A stretch of 36,010 nucleotides of DNA from Thermoleophilia bacterium. GTDB lineage: Bacteria; Actinomycetota; Thermoleophilia; BMS3ABIN01. The stretch lies in NCBI GenBank assembly GCA_030650885.1, contig JAUSDE010000197.1, positions 1 through 36,010 of the forward strand, in the 5' to 3' direction. Numbering within the stretch: the stretch's first letter is position 1; each line of letters begins with the position of its first letter. Below, piece after piece: positions 9,102 through 16,300 of this stretch. The position numbers and the translations under genes were made by a program. The notes under the pieces were generated by a model. That model was not told where the DNA came from and did not search any database. It saw only the letters and a list, made by a program, of their open reading frames with translations.

Positions 9102-9185
9102 CGGCGGCAGCCAGGCTGTCATAGTCCGAAGACCTTAGACCCTTGGCTTTGCGCCACCCCGTTTCCGAGGTTTTGCCTTTATCAC
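9102..9185 (-). promoter_or_regulatory. Candidate c-di-GMP-I (GEMM-I) riboswitch in the 5' leader of the GH26-LGFP gene
   Basis: Minus-strand RNA: GUGAUAAAGGCAAAACCUCGGAAACGGGGUGGCGCAAAGCCAAGGGUCUAAGGUCUUCGGACUAUGACAGCCUGGCUGCCGCCG. In order it shows GGCAAAACC; a CCUCG/CGGGG hairpin with a GAAA tetraloop; GCGCAAAGCC; a second hairpin with tetraloop-receptor-like UCUAAG...UAUGA and a UUCG loop; and an AGCCUGGCUGCC 3' block. The GAGGAGG SD follows directly. Confidence 0.7.
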
Positions 9186-9440
9186 CCGGAACTGGCTTCT
9201 CCCCCACCAACCACGCGCCACGGTGTAGCCACTTATGTGACCAATACTTGTATCGGTCTTTACATAAACCCGCTTTATTGCCGTTGGACAAAGGGAGTAT
9301 GGTTTGCCGCCTCGGAAAGTGGACTGATTCAAGGTCAGGGTCGTTCTAATTATTGTGAAAAGTATCATGTATAGAATATCGATGCATCCAGCGGGGAGGA
9401 AATGTTAATCGAAAGCCCTTCAGAATAACCGGGGGAATTG

Positions 9441-9887
9441 CTACATGACGGTTACCCAGGCGCCGTACCATAGCCCCCAGGTGACAAAGCCGTGCTGAAG
9501 CTGGCTGCGCCTGCCACCACCGGGCAGGGCAATCGAGTATTCATCGGTTATTGGCAGGCCCAGGCGGGAGTTGGGGCCGCACTTTGAGGTTCCTGCATCG
9601 CAATAGGCCTTGTAGATCACGTAGATGCCGCCGTTGATCGTGTGTCCGCCTGTGACCGTGGACCAGTAGACATCGCCGTTCTGGAACATGTTCATCCTGG
9701 CGCCGGTGACACCGGGGACTACGCCGGGGACGTCGATCTCATCGCTGGTTGCGAGGTGCAGGGCTCCTTTTGGACCACCCAACATCTGGTATTTGCCCAT
9801 TATCCCACCATAAACCGCGTGAGCTCCCAGGGTGCTATTCCAGGTTATGATAGCTTTTTGAAGGTTCTGTGCCTTGCCGTCCCAGGC
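9441..9887 (-). repeat. Conserved 3' LGFP tail module, copy 3 (M4 protease gene)
   Basis: Encodes AWDGKAQNLQKAIITW...GARMNMFQNGDVYWS...YCDAGTSKCGPNSRLGLPITDEYSIALPGGGRRSQLQHGFVTWGLWYGAWVTVM. Confidence 0.8.
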
Positions 9888-12308
9888 ATCATAAACGTCG
9901 CTGACAGGAATTCCGTAGTATGCCGGCCCGCCGGTTGCTCCGCCCGCCGGAGGCTCCAGGTATTTGGCGAGGATATAGGCATCCGAGATCGCGTAGGTGC
10001 CGATACCCGGACCCCAGTAGATCCTGCCGCTGGCGAAATCGCTCTCCCTGGCGCCGGTTACGCCAGTGACGTCTATCTCGTCACTCACGGGAAGGCCGAG
10101 CGCACCAGATTCACGGCCCTGCTGGTCATATTTTGTCAGGATAGCGCCATGAACCCAGTAGACCGTATCGGTCGACTGGTTCCAGATGAGCCTGCCGTTG
10201 CTGAAATTCTGGTATTGCCCGCCGGTGATCGTCTGCGCCGCACTAGTGGCTGTGCCCGGAGCTCCACCCAGTGCGTTCCATTTTTCCAGGAATGGAGTTT
10301 CGACGGGTAGTGGAGTGTCATCCTGTGTTGGGACGAAAGAATACACTGTGACGAGGTCATTCACGGCTACCGGAGTATCTGTAGCCGTGAAGGTCACTCC
10401 GTTATCCGTGATTGAAAAAGTCCTGATGGAACCGGTATCCTGGCCGGCGGCGTCATAGACTTTAAGGAACCATCGATTCTGCCAGCTGGGAGACAGATAG
10501 GCGCTACCGCCGGAGATGTCGACCGTCGAATAGATATTATCCGCGGAACCGCCCTGCCGATTCGAGACCACAGTCGACCAGCTTGGCGAATCCGGATTGC
10601 CGACTCCAAGGGTCACTATCAGATCGCCCCTGTAGGTGTGGTCGATCTCGATTCTCGCATTCTGGGTGGATGACTGGCCTGAGCCGATTCCGACAGCTGC
10701 AAAACCGTTTTGCACTGCGATTACTTCCGGGCTGCCCGAACCATAAAGGTCGGCAGCCGACTGCACGCTCGCGTCTCGAGCATCGACAAACTGAGATCCG
10801 GAGTTCAGGTATAAAGTCAACGTCCGGTACCAAATGAACTCCATCTTGTCCTTGCCGATCGCTGTGGCAATGTTATAAGCCGCCTTGTTCGGTATGCCGC
10901 TGTTTGTATGGACGCCACCGTTGTCGCTTGAAGTATTCACATAGCTGTTCATGTGGTCGGGTTGCCCATACTGCGCAGGATTGGACACGCTACGAAGCGC
11001 GTCCCCCGGGGTATTCGGCGTGTATACGTCCTCACCCAGCAGCCAGTCGTCACGGTCCACCATCACACCGAATACATCTGAGTAGGATTCGTTTAGCGCG
11101 CCAGACTGGTATGAGTAGACGAGGTCGGCGGTATATTGCGTGACCCCGTGGGTGAGCTCGTGGGCGACAACATCCAGGCTGTTGCCGAGCGGGCCGAAAA
11201 CATTTCCATCGCCGTCTCCGTAGACCATCTGCTGGCCGTTCCAGTAGGCGTTGTTATAGCTGCTGCCATAGTGGACAGTCGAGATCAGGGAAGCTCCGGC
11301 GTTATTGAAACTGTCGCGCCCGAATGTGCTGGAGTAGTAGTCATAGGTTGAGCCGATATTATTGTGTGCCGCCTGGGCGACGCTGTCCCCGGAGGAACCA
11401 CCCTCGCTGATGAGCAGAGTGCCGGGCGTGGTGGTGCCACTGCCGGCCGTGTAGGTACGGCGATTCTTTACATCTTCGAGGGCGTCATATCGATCTACGA
11501 TGCTGCCATCTTTGGCCCCGACAAAATAAACCATCCGCACGGGCGGGTTATCATTGGCAAGGGTGATCTGCCACGCCAAAACCGGCCGGTTGGGATCAGG
11601 GGAATAGATCACCAGCTGAGGTGGTTCGAACGTCGAAGCTGCTGCAGGGAACCCAAAGTCATGCAGTGCTGCATCGATAGCCTGATCCAGTGTCACCGCG
11701 GGATCCACCGACAGATCGATACCAGGCACGTAGCGCCCGTTCACGGTCTGAATCTTGTTGCCAGGGCTGAAGTGCACTGACATCTCTGTCCCAAAAACCG
11801 GAAGACCTTTGTAAACCTGGGCCATGTGCAGATGTACCATGCCCATTTCATCCACGACCTGGCGCTGCTCCGACAGCTCGGCGCCCGGATCTGTCATGCG
11901 GTATAAATCCTTGTTCTCATCGAAAAACGCAACTGCCTCGACTGTCGGGCTCCCAGTCACTGGCGGTGTTATCGATCCCGTTATAAATGCCGGTATGCCT
12001 GTTTCGGCATCCCAGCGGATGGAGGTTGATTCGCTTTCTACGAGCGTTGATCCTGAGTCTGTCTTTTGTGGGATGTCGGCTGCGCCATCTACACCCGGCG
12101 AGCCTGTTTCCGGAATACTGAAGTTGACTTCTGAGGCGACTTGCGGTGAGACTTCGGCTACTGCATCAACTGAAATGGCGGGATTATCGGCTGGAACGGC
12201 TGGAACGGCCGCGAACTGCTCTGTCAGTAAAAACAAAGAAACAACGGCAGTCAAAACTACTGCCAGGATGGCCGCTAACTTGCATAGCCACTTACCTGAA
12301 GGCCCCAT
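9441..12308 (-). CDS. Secreted M4 (thermolysin-like) zinc metalloprotease with propeptide, P-domain and LGFP repeats
   Basis: 955-aa ORF with an N-terminal signal anchor. The propeptide-like region includes VHLHMAQVYKGLPVFG. The M4 active site is VVAHELTHGVTQYTADLVYSYQSGALNESYSDVFG (HELTH at nt 11148-11162). The proprotein-convertase-type P-domain block is IEIDHTYRGDLIVTLGVGNPDSPSW...WFLKVYDAAGQDTGSIRTFSI (nt ~10401-10658). LGFP repeats cover aa ~672-955. SD GGGAG precedes the ATG. Confidence 0.88.
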   Translation of the reverse strand: MGPSGKWLCKLAAILAVVLTAVVSLFLLTEQFAAVPAVPADNPAISVDAVAEVSPQVASEVNFSIPETGSPGVDGAADIPQKTDSGSTLVESESTSIRWDAETGIPAFITGSITPPVTGSPTVEAVAFFDENKDLYRMTDPGAELSEQRQVVDEMGMVHLHMAQVYKGLPVFGTEMSVHFSPGNKIQTVNGRYVPGIDLSVDPAVTLDQAIDAALHDFGFPAAASTFEPPQLVIYSPDPNRPVLAWQITLANDNPPVRMVYFVGAKDGSIVDRYDALEDVKNRRTYTAGSGTTTPGTLLISEGGSSGDSVAQAAHNNIGSTYDYYSSTFGRDSFNNAGASLISTVHYGSSYNNAYWNGQQMVYGDGDGNVFGPLGNSLDVVAHELTHGVTQYTADLVYSYQSGALNESYSDVFGVMVDRDDWLLGEDVYTPNTPGDALRSVSNPAQYGQPDHMNSYVNTSSDNGGVHTNSGIPNKAAYNIATAIGKDKMEFIWYRTLTLYLNSGSQFVDARDASVQSAADLYGSGSPEVIAVQNGFAAVGIGSGQSSTQNARIEIDHTYRGDLIVTLGVGNPDSPSWSTVVSNRQGGSADNIYSTVDISGGSAYLSPSWQNRWFLKVYDAAGQDTGSIRTFSITDNGVTFTATDTPVAVNDLVTVYSFVPTQDDTPLPVETPFLEKWNALGGAPGTATSAAQTITGGQYQNFSNGRLIWNQSTDTVYWVHGAILTKYDQQGRESGALGLPVSDEIDVTGVTGARESDFASGRIYWGPGIGTYAISDAYILAKYLEPPAGGATGGPAYYGIPVSDVYDAWDGKAQNLQKAIITWNSTLGAHAVYGGIMGKYQMLGGPKGALHLATSDEIDVPGVVPGVTGARMNMFQNGDVYWSTVTGGHTINGGIYVIYKAYCDAGTSKCGPNSRLGLPITDEYSIALPGGGRRSQLQHGFVTWGLWYGAWVTVM

Positions 12309-12521
12309 TTTCCACTCCCAGTACCGGCGTTTTCATCCCCGACAGGGTCTGGCGCCTCCCCAAAAAAGTCTACTGGGATTACAGCCTTGAACTTGGCCTA
12401 TGCCCGAACCCTCAATAACTGATTCGGCCCGGGAGCGACTATATATAAGCCGGAGGGGGTGCTAACGCGGTTCAGGAGGGGGTCTACCCCTGTCCGAGAA
12501 CGGGCGTTCAGGGACTTTTAC

Positions 12522-15500
12522 TCAGGATGCGCGGGCGATCGCTATGCGGACGTTCCTGGTCGTATTTACCGTCTGCACGGTGGTTCCCGTGTAATAATAA
12601 CCGAGGATAGTGGTATAACTATCGCCGCGGCTGGCGCGATCCAGCGCACCATGACCGCTGAGGCCGACCCCATGGCCGTTCATGGCCATTCCGGCGCAGT
12701 CTGGGTCGGCAACGCTTTGCAGCCAGGGCCAGGTGCTGATGCCCCAGACCTCTTGTGCCGAACGGGTCCTGCCATCGGAGTTGGAGAAGTATGAGGTCAT
12801 GGCCACAGAACCGCCATACGTCACGACCTGCCCGGCGGTAGAGGTCACCGCTGTCGCCAGGTCGGGGAACCTTGCTTCCAACCCATAACCCTTGTACTGC
12901 TGGTCGTCGCCGTTACCATTACGGCTGTTTTTCAGGTGGAAGATCTCGCTGGCACCGTATTTTCCATTACGGTCCAGGTGCCAGACAGCGTAACTGCGGG
13001 CAGCCACGGTCATCGTCTTGAGAAAATCTGTGGGCACGCCGGAACTGGTCTCAGCGATTCCCCTCATGTAAAGCTCGAGGGGCAGCTCGTTAACTACCCA
13101 AACCGCATCTGACGCCGGCGAGTAACGCACCTCGATCGTTCCGCGGAAGAGGTTATCGTCCAGACCAGGATTCCAGCTGGGGATGTCATGATAAGAAGAA
13201 ACCTTCATGACGCCCCCATTGGCCGTAAACCTGATGTAAGAAGAGCCATTGAGAGAAACGCCGGGAGCCTGCAGGCTGTAGTTACCGCTGCTGTACCTGA
13301 CTGAAGCAACCTGGCCGGGAGCAATCGTTGCCAGCAGAGCCCCACCTGCATCTCGAGCCTCGTATGTCGAATCAGCAGTCACGGTGGTGGCAGTACCGGC
13401 AAATACCTGAGTGCCGGTAGTGGCGCTCCAGTAAATGTAGCCACCCTGGAAATCGCTGCGCCGGCCGGACCCGTAATCATATTCATCGGTGAGCGGCAGG
13501 CCTAATGCTGAGGTGGGACCACCATACTCGATGTACTTCACATAGATCCCACCATTGACCGTGTGGCCACCTGTAGTCGAAGACCAGTAGATGCGGCCGC
13601 GCTGGAAACCATGCTCCCTGGCTCCGGATACACCGGAGACATCAGTCTCACCGGAAACCGGCAAGCCAAGGGCGCCGGCGGGTCCGCCAAGCTGCAGATA
13701 TTTCCCGAGTATGCCGCCGTAGACTTCGTATGTGCCGGTGGTTGCGTGATAGTAGATGCGCCCTTGCTGGAAGTCGCTTTCCCTGCCGCCAGTGACGCCC
13801 GAAATATCGTACTCATCGGTCAAGGGCAGGCCCAGGAGCCCCGCGGGACCACCAAGTGCTAGATATTTAGTGAAGATAGCGCCCATCACAGCATGGCCGC
13901 CAGTGACCGGGGCCCAATAGATGCGCCCGCGCTGGAAGGCGCTCTCCCTGGCTCCGGATACTCCGCTTACGTCTCCCTCATCGCTGGTCGCGAGCCCGAG
14001 CGACCCGGCCGGGCCTCCGAACTGCGCATATTTGACCTGGATGCCTCCTATTACCGAATGAGCGCCGAGAGAAGCCTCCCAGGTGATCGTCCCTCGCTGC
14101 AGGTTCTGGGCCCTTCCATTAGCGGCGGCGTACTCATCGCTCGTCGGCATGCCATATGATCCCGCGGGGCCACCAAGCGCCAGATATTTCGTCAATATCG
14201 CACCGTAAACACCGTATACACCAACACCCGGCGCCCAGTAGATCCTGCCGTTTGTGAATTCGCTCTGGCGGCCTCCGGAAAGACCTGAAATATCGCTCTC
14301 GTCGCTGACGGGAAGGCCTAGTGGCGAGGCAGGTCCGCCCAGCGCAAGGTATTTCCCGAGAATCCCACCAATCACAGTTCGGGAACTGCCACTAGCGGAC
14401 CAATAGATCCGAGCCCGCTGAAAGTCGCCGGCTCTTGTACCGGCATAACCCGGCACGTCGTATTCGTCGGTCGTAGGGAAGCCATCACGGGCGACACCGC
14501 CATCACTTAGCAGCTTTGCGAGGATCGCCCCCGTCACGGCATGTGTGCCGACGCCGGGACACCAGTAAATCCTGCCGCCCGCAAAGTCGTTGCCGCGCCC
14601 CTCTGCCACGCCGTATTCATCACTTCTGGGCAAGCCCATGGATCCAGACGCACCGCCAAGCTGATTGTATTTTTCAAGGATGCCACCGTGGATCCAGTAA
14701 ACTCCGCCGGCGGGGTTCCATATGATGATGCCATTCTGGAAATCCTGGGCCTGCGCCTCAAGCGGGCACTGGCCACCGGGATTCGACAGGCAGTACTCAG
14801 CGCCTGTTGCCGGACCGGGCGCTCCGTTGAGGCTGTCCCACTTGACGCGGATGCCTGCGACTATCGGAATCGGTGAATAATTGATGTATGCCGCCGTCCT
14901 GAAATATGGCAGATAGGCGTAGAGAGAGTCTCCGGGGCAAGCAGTGTAATTTCCGGCAAGATCACGATGTCCCAGAATATTTGATGAGTAACCGCCGACC
15001 GGATAGCAGTTATCAGGACAACCTTCGTAATGAACGAAATAACTATTTCCGTATGGGTCGATCTGGTTCTGGTTGGCCTTTATCGTCATCAGTTCTGCGA
15101 CAGCGTTATAGATGGCGGTATTTATATCGTGCGCCTCGTAGTTGCCCATCACGGAGATTCCGACCGAACCGGTATTCCAACCCAAAGCATGAGCGCCGAC
15201 GACACCGTTGCCGCCCATCCGCCCCTCGTAGACCCGTCCGAGTTCGTCAACGAGGAAGTTGTAGCCGATATCTCCCCATCCGAGGCTGACAGCATGGTAT
15301 TGCCAGATGCCGAGCACTGTGGCAAACGGATTCGGATCATAGTTGGAGCCCGCCGTGTGATGAAGGATGATCTTCTTCGGCTGGGCATATTCGGAGGGCC
15401 AGTTCGCCTGTGTATAGGCGTCGTTGGCTCCCCACTGGGTTCTGGGGATGTAATTGAGGTCTGCGCTGGCCGAGGCCGGAGCGAGCGCGTCTCTGACGTT

Positions 15501-16115
15501 TTGACTAATATTCGACAGGGACAGCTGTGAGTTGTGATAGCCCCTGGAGTCGATGTAGCTGGCCGTCATCTTTGTGACTACCGGCACCTGGCCGGTTGGG
15601 CTGCTGGTCAGGTCGATGCGATACTGAAAAAATCGGCCGGCGTCCGTGAAAATCAGATCGCCTATCGTCTCGCCCGCGGATTTGGTGCTGGCAAAGTGGT
15701 TGGGTAATTCGTCGACTACTTCGCTGACCGGCTGCCAGTCACCCCACTGGCTGCCGTCCTGGCTGAAGCGGACTTCCACGGCTACGTCGGCTCCGGACGG
15801 CTGATCGGCTTTCCAGTGAAGCCCGAGGGCGTTGAAAGTGTAATCGGCCGCGATGGGTTCGGAGAGATAGCTGCCTTGAGGCTGTGCTGGCTGCAGAGAA
15901 AGCGCCAGCTCCCGGCTTCCAGCCACGGGAACGACGCCGGTGCCACTCGATTCGCCTGATTCAAAGTCGGTGCCGGTCTGGACAAAGTCACCGCTGATTG
16001 CTTCCGGGTGAGATGTCTGGCTGCCGAATCCGGGAAAAACAAAGAATGCGGCAATCAGAAGCAGAACCACGACTGCTGTTCCTGTGAAGTACTTATACCT
16101 GCCACGCATGATCAT
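12522..16115 (-). CDS. Membrane-anchored/secreted N-acetylmuramoyl-L-alanine amidase (Amidase_2/PGRP-type) + 9 LGFP repeats + SpoIID/LytB-type domain
   Basis: 1197-aa ORF with an N-terminal hydrophobic segment. The Amidase_2 block is KKIILHHTAGSNYDP...WGDIGYNFLVDELGRVYEGR...LGHRDLAGNYTACPGD (nt ~14928-15452). Nine repeats of the type I(L/F)xKYLxLGGPxGxLGLPxSDExDxSGVxGxRExxFxxGRIYW cover nt ~13401-14858. The C-terminal SpoIID-like block is LELYMRGIAETSSGVPTDFLKTMTVAARSYAVWH...VVTYGGSVAMTSYFSNSDGRTRSAQEVWG...GHGVGLSGHGA (nt ~12561-13163). Confidence 0.88.
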   Translation of the reverse strand: MIMRGRYKYFTGTAVVVLLLIAAFFVFPGFGSQTSHPEAISGDFVQTGTDFESGESSGTGVVPVAGSRELALSLQPAQPQGSYLSEPIAADYTFNALGLHWKADQPSGADVAVEVRFSQDGSQWGDWQPVSEVVDELPNHFASTKSAGETIGDLIFTDAGRFFQYRIDLTSSPTGQVPVVTKMTASYIDSRGYHNSQLSLSNISQNVRDALAPASASADLNYIPRTQWGANDAYTQANWPSEYAQPKKIILHHTAGSNYDPNPFATVLGIWQYHAVSLGWGDIGYNFLVDELGRVYEGRMGGNGVVGAHALGWNTGSVGISVMGNYEAHDINTAIYNAVAELMTIKANQNQIDPYGNSYFVHYEGCPDNCYPVGGYSSNILGHRDLAGNYTACPGDSLYAYLPYFRTAAYINYSPIPIVAGIRVKWDSLNGAPGPATGAEYCLSNPGGQCPLEAQAQDFQNGIIIWNPAGGVYWIHGGILEKYNQLGGASGSMGLPRSDEYGVAEGRGNDFAGGRIYWCPGVGTHAVTGAILAKLLSDGGVARDGFPTTDEYDVPGYAGTRAGDFQRARIYWSASGSSRTVIGGILGKYLALGGPASPLGLPVSDESDISGLSGGRQSEFTNGRIYWAPGVGVYGVYGAILTKYLALGGPAGSYGMPTSDEYAAANGRAQNLQRGTITWEASLGAHSVIGGIQVKYAQFGGPAGSLGLATSDEGDVSGVSGARESAFQRGRIYWAPVTGGHAVMGAIFTKYLALGGPAGLLGLPLTDEYDISGVTGGRESDFQQGRIYYHATTGTYEVYGGILGKYLQLGGPAGALGLPVSGETDVSGVSGAREHGFQRGRIYWSSTTGGHTVNGGIYVKYIEYGGPTSALGLPLTDEYDYGSGRRSDFQGGYIYWSATTGTQVFAGTATTVTADSTYEARDAGGALLATIAPGQVASVRYSSGNYSLQAPGVSLNGSSYIRFTANGGVMKVSSYHDIPSWNPGLDDNLFRGTIEVRYSPASDAVWVVNELPLELYMRGIAETSSGVPTDFLKTMTVAARSYAVWHLDRNGKYGASEIFHLKNSRNGNGDDQQYKGYGLEARFPDLATAVTSTAGQVVTYGGSVAMTSYFSNSDGRTRSAQEVWGISTWPWLQSVADPDCAGMAMNGHGVGLSGHGALDRASRGDSYTTILGYYYTGTTVQTVNTTRNVRIAIARAS

Positions 16116-16300
16116 CCATACCCCGCTTGAAGCTTATACCCTGCCATACCTTAACAAATATTTGCAGGGAGTTCGGCGCCGTGAATATTAATCTACCAGC
16201 GCAGCGTGCTGCCCCGGAAACGCCGGGCTATTACCTGAAAGTTATGCCCGCCGCCCGCATATCCTTCAAATTGGCTGCCCAACCCTATAGGATTCGAAAC

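Noticed and set aside
9085-9291. 69-aa N-terminal extension of the GH26 ORF (MSNGNKAGLCKDRYKYW...)
   Set aside because: It has no signal peptide and a Trp/Lys/Arg-rich composition unlike the neighbouring genes. It reads straight through the riboswitch-like structure and the SD. A clean signal peptide starts at Met70.
9200-9310. Possible second (tandem) GEMM-like aptamer: GGCAAACC at 9301-9308 (minus) and ACGGCAAUAAAGCGGG further downstream
   Set aside because: There is no GNRA-capped hairpin after GGCAAACC, the GCAAAGC block is interrupted, and no receptor-like hairpin is present. Only the GACCGAUAC/GUAUUGGUC stem is evident. I consider this insufficient without a covariance-model score.
5466-9887. 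Diversity-generating retroelement (template/variable repeat) explanation for the near-identical 3' modules
   Set aside because: There is no reverse transcriptase in the window. Differences between the copies are scattered and mostly synonymous-looking rather than concentrated at adenines or in a short variable stretch.
7573-10310. Long antisense ORFs within LGFP regions (e.g. 7573..8070 +, 9642..10310 +, also 13563..13862 + and 13893..14159 +) that resemble each other
   Set aside because: Their mutual similarity only mirrors the repeated LGFP coding sequence on the opposite strand. They have no RBS or recognisable domains and have a biased Arg/Pro/Gly composition.
16127-16300. 58-aa N-terminal extension of the GT4 ORF
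   Set aside because: GT4 enzymes typically begin at the MRIGI... strand. The extension lies in the divergent promoter region shared with the amidase gene and contains hairpins (e.g. CCCGG-aaacg-CCGGG).
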